From an uncultured Methanoregulaceae archaeon (GTDB taxonomy: Archaea; Halobacteriota; Methanomicrobia; Methanomicrobiales; Methanospirillaceae): a DNA stretch of 64,000 nt. Within the stretch, counting starts at the first letter, position 1. Every line of letters begins with the position of its first letter. The notes under the pieces were generated by a model. It was given only the letters and a program-made list of their open reading frames with translations, was not told the DNA's origin and made no database searches. The position numbers and the translations under genes are program-made. The stretch spans positions 416,001 through 480,000 of the forward strand of contig OY970061.1 in the NCBI GenBank assembly GCA_963705255.1, in the 5' to 3' direction. This document shows, in pieces, positions 9,907-20,601 of this stretch.

Positions 9907-11916
9907 TCACGCAGTGGAGAATGAATAAATTACCGCGTTTCCATTGTCGTACAGCCTGTTGCACTCAGACTCGATCATTGAGGACTCGGTCTCGTCAAGA
10001 GGTTGTTTTTCTTTCATCCAGTCTTCCCCAAATTCCAGATATTCTTTCATCCGTGGGAGAATGACCAGATAGTGCTGCTCTGAAGCGGTACCCACCGCCT
10101 GAGGATACCCGGCCTCCCGGACGAACGAAAAATACGTCTGGACTGTGAGAGGGAAATCTGCCAAGATGATGGCTTGTGCAGGATAGCCAACGTACACATC
10201 GCTTTCGATTTCCCCTTTGGCCTTATTGGCATCCAGCCATACAATACCAGAGATTTCCGTGGGATCGTGATTAATGACCAGGCTCCGGTTGTCGTACAAC
10301 GGGTGGCCGGGTTCAAAGGGCTGCCCGAAAAAGACCACCGCCGGAAATGTCGTTACGATACTTGTGAGAACCAAAGCTGTGAGTAAGACGGACAGGAGTA
10401 CCTTGGAATGAATACATTGTGCGACTCTGCTGAGTCCGCATGCTGCGACGATGACAAGCGGGATATAGAGAAATTCCATCAGCCTGAGGGGATCCACAAA
10501 TGACACGAGGCCGCTCATCGAAAGGACAAGTGCTGACGATAATACCGCCACCCATGCAAGAACAAAGAGACGATCCTTTTCCAGAAAATAATACAGCCCG
10601 ATCAGTGCGAGAACAGCTATGCAGATCCCGTTGAACAACATAGGTATGGGGTAGGAGAGGAAGAATGTGGACTTCCCAATGACAAAATTAATTACAAGAA
10701 TGCATCCTATCACCGAGCCGATGATCATAACCGCGTAAATAATTTTTTTCCTGATCAGAATACGCTGTGCGAGTGTCTGCAACGCAAGGATCTTTTCGGG
10801 GATCAGCACCGGTATGAGATAAAGGATAATCACGCTGATCAGGAGGAGGGGTATACCATAATCCGAATGAAAAAGGGAATTTGTCAACCCGCTGAATTCA
10901 GAAAACTCATACTCCAGTCTCCCTATCCACCACGCTATGATCGCAAGGATTGTTGTCGTTGTAATGAAACCTGCAATCAGACTTGCCCTGCGCACCCACT
11001 CTCTCCTGCACATTAGGTAAAGGAACACAAGAGAGATGACGATCCAGACACCAAGGAAGATCAGTGCTGAAAGATGATGGGTAAGTACCATGCCGATGAT
11101 CAGCAGGAGGGAGACTGCAAGAAATCCGGGTTTTTGATCCCTTATTGACCGGAACGATATATAGAGGGCGAGGATGAAGAGTGCAATACCGAGAGTTTCC
11201 CGTACTCCCTGTGTTGTCCAGTGCAGGTAGGGTGTTCCTGAAAGGAGGAGTAATCCTGCAAAAAATGCAGTCTCCTCAGATGAGATCTCCTTTACCCACC
11301 GGTACACCACAACAATCGCAATGATGGAAAGGGGAGGGATACAATATTTGAGAAGGGTCAGGGGGTACATCCCGGCAAAAAGGGAAAGCGAGGCGACGAT
11401 GACATGGAGGACGGGGAGCTGGGCCGGGTAGAAGGATGGTGAAACCGACTGGTACGCCAGGATCCTGAGGATCATCCCGTATTCAAACCAGGGATCTCCC
11501 CATGGCAGATAGTCGAACCTCAGGGAGAGGATCAGTGAGGTGAACAACCCTATTGCAATGAGGCTGAAGAGTTTGTGTCGTGAATTACAGGCAAGGAGGA
11601 CTGCGACACCTAAAAGAATGATGGCCGGGAGAAGCGCAACTACAGTTATACGAGAGGTATAGAGAAAGAGACCGGCTCCGAGTATGGATGCTACCAGTGC
11701 GACGATCCTGGTTCGTTCATCAGAAAAAAAAACTGACAGGAGGTCTTCACCGGAAGGAACTGGCATTTCAGGGCACTCCTTTTTGGGATATTCCGCGGGA
11801 ATGCCGGTGGTTTTTGGTACTGAAAATACCTCCCGCATGATTACCGTAAATCCTCTGATCGGCAGGATTCCCTTTACCAGATAGCATTCCACCGATGGTC
11901 GTTTCATCTGTTTCAA
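9907..11916 (-). CDS. Large polytopic membrane protein, GT-C-like (DUF2206-type); true start may be downstream of 11916
   Basis: >12 TM helices, first-loop LPWGDPWFEY, LTHHLS, DPLRLMEF, C-terminal EISGIVWL and RLYDNGNAVIY. Confidence 0.6.
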   Translation of the reverse strand: MKQMKRPSVECYLVKGILPIRGFTVIMREVFSVPKTTGIPAEYPKKECPEMPVPSGEDLLSVFFSDERTRIVALVASILGAGLFLYTSRITVVALLPAIILLGVAVLLACNSRHKLFSLIAIGLFTSLILSLRFDYLPWGDPWFEYGMILRILAYQSVSPSFYPAQLPVLHVIVASLSLFAGMYPLTLLKYCIPPLSIIAIVVVYRWVKEISSEETAFFAGLLLLSGTPYLHWTTQGVRETLGIALFILALYISFRSIRDQKPGFLAVSLLLIIGMVLTHHLSALIFLGVWIVISLVFLYLMCRREWVRRASLIAGFITTTTILAIIAWWIGRLEYEFSEFSGLTNSLFHSDYGIPLLLISVIILYLIPVLIPEKILALQTLAQRILIRKKIIYAVMIIGSVIGCILVINFVIGKSTFFLSYPIPMLFNGICIAVLALIGLYYFLEKDRLFVLAWVAVLSSALVLSMSGLVSFVDPLRLMEFLYIPLVIVAACGLSRVAQCIHSKVLLSVLLTALVLTSIVTTFPAVVFFGQPFEPGHPLYDNRSLVINHDPTEISGIVWLDANKAKGEIESDVYVGYPAQAIILADFPLTVQTYFSFVREAGYPQAVGTASEQHYLVILPRMKEYLEFGEDWMKEKQPLDETESSMIESECNRLYDNGNAVIYSFSTA

Positions 11917-11958
11917 GGGTCTCGGTTTTTAGACGGCAGATCATGGAGCATCTCATTG

Positions 11959-12972
11959 TCATGAGGATTGAGACAGGGTGTTATTTGTTACAAAAACTGG
12001 CACCGTGGCATTGATCTGGAGATGGAGGTTGCGGTAGCTGGCGTTTATCCGGTCCTGTCCTGATATTTCCTGTCCGGGAACGGTTTCATTGAAGAGCAGG
12101 AACTCCATCCGGTAAAATCCGGCAGCGGGTGCAGAAAACTCAAGCGGAAGAACCGACGTCTGATTGTGATCTAGGATCACTGAGTAGGATTCCAGGGGTG
12201 TGAAACCTGATGATGCAATAGGTGTCGTCTCGTTTACCGGTACCAGGTATACTTCGACAGTATAGTTTATCGTCCGGTATTCATGGTTTCCGATACCGGT
12301 ATACAGTAGTTGCAGGATACCGGGGCTTATCATTTCCGGATATGCATCTGCAGTCCTCTTTCCTCCCAAGATAAAAAATTCCGTATATTTGTCTCCTGCT
12401 GTTGGCAGCGAGATCACAAGAACTGTGGATGCGATGACCATGAGAATGGCAAAAACACCTATTCCAAAAATAATCCGGTTACCGGTAGACTGATTTGTTA
12501 ACATGCAGTCTTTTGAGATGCGGCGTAGAATTTCCGGTGCCGGAATGGTATATCGTGATTCAGGTGGGATCGCAGCGCGGCGATACGTTGCAATAAAAAC
12601 CATTGAGACGATAAAAACCGTAAGAGAGACAAGTACCGAATCCAGCCGGATCCCCCACGAGATAAAGTTCAAAAGGAGGGCAATTAAAGGAGTCACTACA
12701 AGGCTTGCGCCGATTGAGAGAACTAGCCGTTCAATCGTGCCGATATCCACCGAATCAGGGAATAATGCAGCCATCAATACATAACCGGGGATAAAAAGAA
12801 TCATTGGAATGGCGAGGATAAGCCGCAGGAATGTCAGGCTGACAATCGGTAGAATAACCGAAAGAATGCACAACGCGGTCCAGAACAGAACGATTTTCAA
12901 ATCGCCGGAAATGATTGAGCTGCTATTTCCGGATGATATTTTTCTCCCCTGTTCAGGTTCTGGAGGTTCCAT
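11959..12972 (-). CDS. DUF1616-family membrane protein (full length)
   Basis: LFIPGYVLMAALFP, IERLVLSIGAS, YTEFFILG...ADAYP, GIGNHE...NYTVEV, YRNLHLQIN. Confidence 0.85.
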   Translation of the reverse strand: MEPPEPEQGRKISSGNSSSIISGDLKIVLFWTALCILSVILPIVSLTFLRLILAIPMILFIPGYVLMAALFPDSVDIGTIERLVLSIGASLVVTPLIALLLNFISWGIRLDSVLVSLTVFIVSMVFIATYRRAAIPPESRYTIPAPEILRRISKDCMLTNQSTGNRIIFGIGVFAILMVIASTVLVISLPTAGDKYTEFFILGGKRTADAYPEMISPGILQLLYTGIGNHEYRTINYTVEVYLVPVNETTPIASSGFTPLESYSVILDHNQTSVLPLEFSAPAAGFYRMEFLLFNETVPGQEISGQDRINASYRNLHLQINATVPVFVTNNTLSQSS

Positions 12973-13378
12973 GCGGTTTTTCCCAATCAGGAGCGGTTAT
13001 CCTTCTAACTCCACTCATTGCCGTCAGTAATAATGTTATGGCGGACAATGAAAAAAGAACAGAGACCTGCGATACGCCAAAGGGTGTATAGGTTAATAAA
13101 AATCCGGTAAATGCTGCTATGCAAATGCTCAGGCCGATGCTAAGAGCAATGCGTTCGAGAGAATCAAACTCTTTTTTTTCCGGGAACAGCGCAGAAATGA
13201 AAACATAACCTGGGACAAAAAGAATAAGAGGTAATCCAAGAATGACACGCAGGAGTGTCTCATTGAGAGGGGGCAAGAGGGTAACTGAAACAGCTAAAAG
13301 GATGTAACATACAACAAGCAGAAGATCGTAAACTCTGGTTATTGGGATTATATCCTTTTTTGAGAGAGTATTATTCAC
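12953..13378 (-). CDS. DUF1616 N-terminal transmembrane module only
   Basis: LFVPGYVFISALFP, LERIALSIGLS; ends after ~4 TM helices. Confidence 0.8.
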   Translation of the reverse strand: MNNTLSKKDIIPITRVYDLLLVVCYILLAVSVTLLPPLNETLLRVILGLPLILFVPGYVFISALFPEKKEFDSLERIALSIGLSICIAAFTGFLLTYTPFGVSQVSVLFSLSAITLLLTAMSGVRRITAPDWEKPHGTSRT

Positions 13379-13457
13379 AAATAGTTCCCCATTCGCATAG
13401 TTATTTCTGAATTGACAGTATTTATATTACTATACGATAACATCAGTATAGATTGCC

Positions 13458-14330
13458 ATGGAGCCAAAAGATCGTACCATCGTGTATGGACTTATCGCCG
13501 CGTGCATCGCAGGCATTTTGATTGTGGGGTTATTGCTCATTTTTGTTGGTGGTACGACTTTCTCCGGCCAGGGCTTCAGTGAAGTATTTTTTTTGAATAG
13601 CGAAAAATTGCCGGTGGTAATTGAAACGGGAACACCTCTGAACTTCTCTTTTATGGTAGCTTCTCATTATAACGAGAAAATGGATTACAAATATGATATA
13701 ATTGCAGGGAATACGATTATTCAGAGCGGGGCATTTTCGCTTCCGAATGATAGTCTATCACAAAAAGATCGATACAATCAGACTATCTCAATTACAGTTT
13801 TAACCTTAAATCCAACATTAATCAAGATAGCCAACTCTTCGAGATCTGAGACAAAACAAACCTATAATGGGGGATTAGGTCTTCTTCTTTCACAGAACGG
13901 AAATGGAGCCCAGGTGGTATCAGATCCTTCTCACCTCTATTATCCAATTCAGTTGTCCGTCGGAAATGAGCCTGCAACTCTTATTTTCACTCCTAACAAC
14001 ACGCAGACCTATCAAACAACAACAACAAGCAGGACCAATGTCGGAGATTTACAAAATGTCGGCCGAAATGCGGCAACCGTAAACATTGAAGGTTTTCAGA
14101 TTTCAGATACGGGATACGATATATCCCGCGCCATATGGACAATCCAGAATGATCATGGAATTATTAATGCTACGTCAATAACGGTTACAGATAGTTATCG
14201 GTACGAGTATGAAAAAATCGCTGTAGAAATGGAAGCATATCCGGCAAATAATCCCGATACAGTTACAAAATATGAAATTGACTTCTGGGTTATCATCAGT
14301 GGGAAACCATTAGTGGTCAATGACCATTAA
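13458..14330 (+). CDS. Membrane-anchored secreted protein resembling the DUF1616 C-terminal half, with a Thr/Asn-rich insertion
   Basis: Single N-terminal TM, GFSEVFFL..LPVVIETG.PLNFSFMVASH...YKYDI, C-terminal YEIDFWV; several N-x-S/T sequons. Confidence 0.55.
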   Translation: MEPKDRTIVYGLIAACIAGILIVGLLLIFVGGTTFSGQGFSEVFFLNSEKLPVVIETGTPLNFSFMVASHYNEKMDYKYDIIAGNTIIQSGAFSLPNDSLSQKDRYNQTISITVLTLNPTLIKIANSSRSETKQTYNGGLGLLLSQNGNGAQVVSDPSHLYYPIQLSVGNEPATLIFTPNNTQTYQTTTTSRTNVGDLQNVGRNAATVNIEGFQISDTGYDISRAIWTIQNDHGIINATSITVTDSYRYEYEKIAVEMEAYPANNPDTVTKYEIDFWVIISGKPLVVNDH

Positions 14331-14379
14331 ATATATACATTTTATCAGGAGGGTACTTTATATAAGTACATAATAATAA

Positions 14380-14720
14380 TGTGCAAGAGTCTCTGTTTCT
14401 AAAGTAGTAACTAATTTATGCCCTTTTCAAGAACACCGAACATGCGCTTGAGGGTGAAAGCGAGCGACAATGGAAATTGGTACAAAGGAGTCGTATTCTA
14501 TGAACCGGGGATACGAAGTCCACGAGACATCGGGGAGACGTATAGCATATCTGAAAGGATCGTGATACGATGAGCGAAATCTCATCGTCAGGATAAAGAG
14601 AACGGGTTACAACCGAAAAAGACCGGGCCAGACGATCACCCCCAGCCACATAACTATCGTTGGAACAGCGAATTATCCAGCTCAAAGAGAAATATCCCGC
14701 ATGGGGAGGTGTCGTCAACG
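14380..14720 (+). mobile_element. Decayed IS481-like transposase 5' fragment with possible left end
   Basis: From ATG 14418: ...SPRDIGETYSISERIVIR*AKSHRQDKENGLQPKKTGP, then after a frameshift LEQRIIQLKEKYPAWG (HTH plus typical IS481 linker). TGT-starting candidate terminus at 14380. No DDE domain. Confidence 0.6.
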
Positions 14721-14781
14721 CCAAATTTTAAAAGGGTTGCTGTCGAAATTTAGTATATCCATTCTCAATATTGGGTTCAAT

Positions 14782-16476
14782 ATGATTAGCCTGAAAAAAG
14801 TACTGAAAATTGATGAAACAGTCTGTCTTCTACTTATTCTATGCTATGGATTTTTTTCCAATATTTATATAATGAGCCGATACGGGGGATTAGTCGCTGA
14901 TACCGATGTCTCTTATTTTACAAAAGTGATCCAGGATTTTCAGGTTCACGGGGGAGTTGGAGAATTAATTCGATATAGTAATGGACTTGGATTTCAAATC
15001 CTTGCAACAGAAATTTCTGATATTACGGGCTTAACTATCCCCCAGGTTCAACTATTGCCATTCGGATTTTTTTATCTTATTATCGCATATGTGCTATTTC
15101 GGGAATTTACTGACAGCAAATATACAGCTCTCATCGGGGCAGCCATACTTTCGGTCCTTCCGGATTTATTATTTTTTACGGCACGGGGAACGTATGAACG
15201 GTATACTGTTTTTTTATTTTTACTGGCAATCTTTATTTTGGTACGGTATTCAAAGAATCTCCTCTCGTTTCAAAAATCCGCTAAATACCTTGCTATTCTC
15301 TACTTTTCACTATTTACAATAGTATTAATTAATCAATGGTTTTTTATCCTCATTCTGCTGGCAATAATAGCGACAATTATTTTGGGATTAATCCAGTCAT
15401 TCGTTTTTAAAATGGATGCGGAGACCCTATATGAAAATGTTATTTCCCATAATCCCTATCATACCCTTATCCTATCTTTTGGTTCAATACGGGTCATTTT
15501 CGAATAGTATGTTCATGGGGGTCATATCAATCTGGTTGGGAAAATTTTTTACATTCATTTCTCCATCACGAGTGCTTCCCTTGCTCGGACTGGCAATAAT
15601 GTTGGTTTTGATACTTTATACCGTTCATCGGAGGGGTAGTCTGTCTATTGTACGATATCGTATCACTACTCAACCTGATAATCTCAAAAAAAATGAATTT
15701 GCCGGTGGGCGACTACATTTTGTAGTTTTGGTGTTATTTCTGATATGGATAACGTTCGTGTATTTTTTTATTGCACCATCAAATACGTCATTTCATTCAC
15801 CAACAATATACTTCCTATTAACAGGAATTTATTGGATTATATTACCGATTTCCATTATTGTGGGCTTGATTGTTGTTAAGCGATACGCTATCGATAAACA
15901 TAGTGAGTATGCACACAAAAATTTGGGGATCTTGTTTCTTATATCCTTCTTTGGATTATTGGGTTTGAGTATTTTTATTGACCGGGTATCCATTCAGGAA
16001 TTGGAGATAATCTTGAACTGCGCGTATTTCCATATTTATTAGTATTTTTAGCATATGGTGCAGCGTGCGCCTTATCGGAAATTTCAAAGACGATTACTAA
16101 AGCACCTTGGAAAAAATTATTTGTCGTTTTGATAATTGTCACATTCCTCATTTTTTCAATAAGTTCCCTTTTAAAGGCAACAAATGATCCATCCGTTTCA
16201 GATTTTAAAATTTATTATTCTCCTGAAGAAAAAAGCGGAATCGACTGGATTGAAATAAACAGTCCCCAAAATTCAATTTGGTTCGGAGAGGATAGATTTT
16301 CTACAGCATTCACATTCGATTCTTCCGATTATGTATCTAAAAATGTTCGTTTAACTCAAGAAAATACTGCGGATGTCTTCATGGTTACATCTGATTATTT
16401 GAACGAACCGGCGAATTTTGACTCTAACAATAAAGTTTATGATAATTCAAAAATTATGATTTTCAGAAAGATTTGA
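14782..16476 (+). CDS. Large polytopic GT-C-like membrane protein, broken by two frameshifts (~15424, ~15992)
   Basis: ORFs 14701-15507, 15416-16042 and 16129-16476 join into ~565 aa. First-loop VADTDVSYF, NLELRVFPYL, EKSGIDWI and KVYDNSKIMIF parallel the 9907-11916 protein. Confidence 0.6.
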
Positions 16477-16647
16477 GTTTATAAAGTATCAAGATCTGAA
16501 AGCAGACGATAAAGTCTCCATCCCGGTAAACAAACAGGACTCATTTTGCAAAAATTTGTTATTCACTGATAAATCACAAACATTGCATATAAAAACGATA
16601 AGCTAATACAAATAAAATTCACATTAATGTACTTAAGGAAATATTCT

Positions 16648-17526
16648 ATGATCCTTGCCGCAATTCCCGCATATAATGAAGAGGTTGCGATCGGAAGCGT
16701 GATTCTGCGGACAAAAAAATATGCAGATAAAGTAATTGTCATTGATGATGGGAGCACAGATGCTACATCAACAGTTGCTAAAATGGCCGGTGCTGATGTC
16801 GTTCACCATGACAAGAATCTTGGAAAAGGGGCGGCCCTTAAAAGTGCATTCCGGGCAGCAAAAGAACTCGATGCGGATATTTTCGTATGCCTTGATGCTG
16901 ACGGGCAACACAATCCCGATGAAATTCCCCGATTATTGGACGCGATCAAAAACGGGGATGCCGATATGGTTATCGGTTCGCGTTTCTTAAAGGATAAAAA
17001 TTCAGTTCCGGTTTATCGCAGGATCGGTCAGCAGGTATTAAATATTCTGACAAATTCCATCTCTCATACAAAAGTTACTGATTCACAGAGTGGTTTCCGG
17101 GCCTTCTCGAAAAAAGCGATTAATTCTCTTTCATGTAACGAAATGGGAATCGGCATAGAATCCCAGTTACAGCGAACTGCAGATGATTTAAATCTTAAAA
17201 TTGCTGAGGTCCCTATATCATGCAGATATGATGTGCAACACGGTTCAAAACTGAATCCGTTCAATCACGGATTCCGTGTCATAAATACAATTCTTAGGAT
17301 TGTTGAGGAACGCCGACCCCTGCTCTTTTTTGGGTTACCTGGATTTATCCTTATATGTATTGGGTTATTTTTTGGATTGGACGTGGTGAGAACGTATACA
17401 GCAACACACGTTTTTGCGATAGGAACCTCATTAATTGTAATTCTTCTCTTAATGGTAGGGATAATATCAATTTTTAATGGCATTATGCTCCACGCAATTA
17501 GTAAGATTATAAAAAAAGAACAATAA
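16648..17526 (+). CDS. GT2 polyprenol-phosphate glycosyltransferase (DPM1/AglJ-like)
   Basis: IPAYNEE, IDDGSTD, LDADGQH, VIGSRF, DSQSGFRAF, two C-terminal TM helices. Confidence 0.9.
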   Translation: MILAAIPAYNEEVAIGSVILRTKKYADKVIVIDDGSTDATSTVAKMAGADVVHHDKNLGKGAALKSAFRAAKELDADIFVCLDADGQHNPDEIPRLLDAIKNGDADMVIGSRFLKDKNSVPVYRRIGQQVLNILTNSISHTKVTDSQSGFRAFSKKAINSLSCNEMGIGIESQLQRTADDLNLKIAEVPISCRYDVQHGSKLNPFNHGFRVINTILRIVEERRPLLFFGLPGFILICIGLFFGLDVVRTYTATHVFAIGTSLIVILLLMVGIISIFNGIMLHAISKIIKKEQ

Positions 17527-17537
17527 TATATCGGGGT

Positions 17538-18635
17538 GTGACTTATACGATAGCGATTATTCTCGGTACTCGTCCGGAAATTATCAAAATGTCCCCAATA
17601 ATCCGGGAATGTGAATGCCAGGATATTGCTCATTTTATCCTTCACACCGGACAGCATTATTCCTATGAGATGGACAAAATTTTTTTTGAAGATCTGGATC
17701 TTCCTCAACCAAAATTTAATCTGGATATAGGTTCCGGTAGTCATGCCAACCAGACCGGGAGAATGATGCGGGGGATAGAAAAAGTTTTACAGAACAATAA
17801 ACCGGACATTGTACTTGTTCAGGGAGACACCAATACGGTCCTTGCCGGTGCATTAACCGCTTCTAAAATGAACATAAAAGTTGGTCACGTGGAAGCGGGT
17901 CTTCGGAGTTTTGATCGGTCAATGCCTGAAGAGATTAACAGGATTCTGACTGATCATATATCAGATCTTCTTTTTGCGCCAACAAAGGAATCGCAAAAAA
18001 ATTTATTTCAAGAAGGAATTGATAGGAAAAAAATCCATGTTACAGGGAACACTATTGTTGATGCAGTCTCTCAAAACAAGAAAATTGCTGATGATAAGGG
18101 GGATATCCTAAAACAAATGGACTTGTCTTCAAACGATTACTTCCTCGTAACTGCCCATCGTGCGGAAAATGTCGATGTTAAAGAACGGTTACAGGGAATT
18201 ATCGGCGGTCTCCAACGTATTCATGCAGAATTTTTCATTCCTGTAATTTTTCCCATTCATCCAAGAACTAAAAAAATGATCGAGAAATTTCATATTTCGG
18301 TTGATGGAATTCGAGTGGTTGATCCCCTTGGATACCTCGATTTTCTTCAGTTAGAGGCAAATTCAAAACTTATACTGACGGATTCCGGTGGGGTACAGGA
18401 AGAGTCCTGTATTTTGGGGGTACCTTGTGTAACCTTAAGGAAGAATACAGAGCGACCTGAAACAATTGCCGTTGGATCAAACATGCTCGTTGGAAGTAAT
18501 TCTGATAATATTGTTAAAGGCGTACATTTAATGATAAAGAATAAAAAGAAGTGGAAAAATCCATTTGGTAATGGAACAGCTGGAGTAAAAACTATTAACA
18601 TATGTAAGGAAATCCATCCAATTATTGGTAGCTAA
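17538..18635 (+). CDS. wecB: UDP-N-acetylglucosamine 2-epimerase (non-hydrolysing)
   Basis: GTRPEIIK, TGQHY, VQGDTNT, HVEAGLRS, PEEINR, TDSGGVQEE, TERPE. Confidence 0.95.
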   Translation: MTYTIAIILGTRPEIIKMSPIIRECECQDIAHFILHTGQHYSYEMDKIFFEDLDLPQPKFNLDIGSGSHANQTGRMMRGIEKVLQNNKPDIVLVQGDTNTVLAGALTASKMNIKVGHVEAGLRSFDRSMPEEINRILTDHISDLLFAPTKESQKNLFQEGIDRKKIHVTGNTIVDAVSQNKKIADDKGDILKQMDLSSNDYFLVTAHRAENVDVKERLQGIIGGLQRIHAEFFIPVIFPIHPRTKKMIEKFHISVDGIRVVDPLGYLDFLQLEANSKLILTDSGGVQEESCILGVPCVTLRKNTERPETIAVGSNMLVGSNSDNIVKGVHLMIKNKKKWKNPFGNGTAGVKTINICKEIHPIIGS

Positions 18636-18649
18636 CATGGGGAGTTGTC

Positions 18650-19591
18650 ATGGATATATATAAAATATTAGTTACTGGCGGTACCGGATTTATTGGCACA
18701 AATCTTGTCAATGAATTACAATCGCGTGGACACGATGTTCATGCAATTGATCTCCTGAATACGGAACGCAATAACTACACACGAGCAGATGTCCGGAATT
18801 TCCGTCAGGTCGAACGGGTTTTTGAAAAATATTCATTTGATTGTGTATATCACCTTGCTGCGGAATACGGCCGATGGAATGGGGAGGATTATTACGAGAA
18901 TCTCTGGCATACCAATTGTATCGGCACAAAAAATTTGATCCGGCTTCAGGAAAAACTGAAGTTTAAAATGATCTTTTTTTCCAGTGCTGAGGTATATGGG
19001 GATTTTGAAGGGAAAATGTCAGAGAATGTAATGGTCGATAATCCCATCAAGGACACCTACCAGATGAATGATTATGCCATCACGAAATGGGCGGGCGAAC
19101 TCATGTGCATGAACTCGGCAACGATGTTTGGCACGGAGACTGTAAGGGTTCGCCCGGTGAATTGTTACGGCCCTCACGAGCACTATACACCGTATCGGGG
19201 CTTCATCCCTAAATTTATTTATCACGCACTGTTCAACAGACCTTACACGGTATTCAAAGGTCATAAACGCATTATTGATTATGTCGAAGATTCCTGCCGG
19301 ACCTGGGCAAATATCATGGATAATTTTATTCCGGGCGAGGTGTACAATGTCGGGGGGAGACCGGAATGGGAGATGGACATAAAGGATTATTCAGATCGTA
19401 TCCTGAATGCTACTGGCAGGGATGATTCCCTCGTAACCTATGAAGAGGCTGAGCCTTTTACAACAAAAGCCAAACACATGGACTTTTCAAAAGCAATCCG
19501 GGATCTCAAGCACAATCCTGTTGTCCGACCGGAAGAAGGAATCAGCAGAACAGTTACATGGATGAAAAAATACTATCACATCGGTGAATAA
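18650..19591 (+). CDS. NAD-dependent nucleotide-sugar epimerase/dehydratase
   Basis: VTGGTGFIG, YHLAA, YAITK. Confidence 0.9.
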   Translation: MDIYKILVTGGTGFIGTNLVNELQSRGHDVHAIDLLNTERNNYTRADVRNFRQVERVFEKYSFDCVYHLAAEYGRWNGEDYYENLWHTNCIGTKNLIRLQEKLKFKMIFFSSAEVYGDFEGKMSENVMVDNPIKDTYQMNDYAITKWAGELMCMNSATMFGTETVRVRPVNCYGPHEHYTPYRGFIPKFIYHALFNRPYTVFKGHKRIIDYVEDSCRTWANIMDNFIPGEVYNVGGRPEWEMDIKDYSDRILNATGRDDSLVTYEEAEPFTTKAKHMDFSKAIRDLKHNPVVRPEEGISRTVTWMKKYYHIGE

Positions 19592-20592
19592 TATGGAAGA
19601 CTTTTCAGAATTTTACCAGGATTCGACAATTCTTGTTACCGGCGGGGCAGGAGCGATCGGGGGAAATCTCTGCAGGAAACTTTCCCCGCTGGGAATAAAA
19701 AAAATTATTATTCTTGATAATCTCTCCTCCTCTTATGAATGGAATATTCCAGAGGCACCGGGCATCATGTTTGTCCGGGGGGATATTCTTAACGATGCTA
19801 TTCTAAAACGAGTCTTCAAAGAAAAGCCCGATTATGTGTTCCATCTCGCCGCTCATTTCGCCAACCAGAATTCTGTTGATAATCCGGAGAAGGATCTCAT
19901 GATCAATGGCCTGGGGATTCTCAAAGTATTACAATATGCGCAATTAACCGGCGTCAAACGGTTCGTATATTCATCATCGGGTTGTGGGGTCTATGGGCTT
20001 GAGTCCAAGATGCCGTTTGAGGAGCACGATGTCTCAATTCATCTCCACACGCCGTATCAGGTCACAAAACTTCTCGGGGAACTCTACACCAATTATTTCC
20101 ATAACCTCTATGGCCTTCCAATTGTCAATGCACGGTTCTTCAACTCATATGGACCCGGAGAGGTGCCCGGAAAATACCGCAACGTGATTCCCAACTTCTT
20201 CTACTGGGCGATGAAGGGTCAGCCCCTTCCCATCACGGGGAATGGGACTGAAACACGGGACTGGACCTATGTCGGGGATATCGTAAACGGACTTCTTGCC
20301 ATGGGAGTTAAGGAGAAGGCAATTGGAGAAGCGTTTAATCTTGGTGCAAGTAAAGAACAGCGTGTCATCGATATGGCAAACATTGTGAACAGGCTTACAG
20401 GTAACGAGAGAGGTATCGTGTTCAGGGATCGCCGTGACTGGGATGTGAAGACGCGGCTGCTTTCTTGTATTACCAAAGCTGAGAACCGTGCTTGGGTATA
20501 AACCGCACATGAAATTTGAAGATGGATTAAAAGAAACCCACAATTGGTTTGTCGAGAACTGGGATAACATCAGTAAGAGTGCGGAGTTTTAA
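19584..20592 (+). CDS. NAD-dependent nucleotide-sugar epimerase/dehydratase; frameshift at ~20485
   Basis: VTGGAGAIG, FHLAA, YQVTK, RFFNSYGP; C-terminus TVLGYKPHMKFEDGLKET...AEF* continues in the +1 frame. Confidence 0.85.
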
Positions 20593-20601
20593 CACAAAAT
20601 T

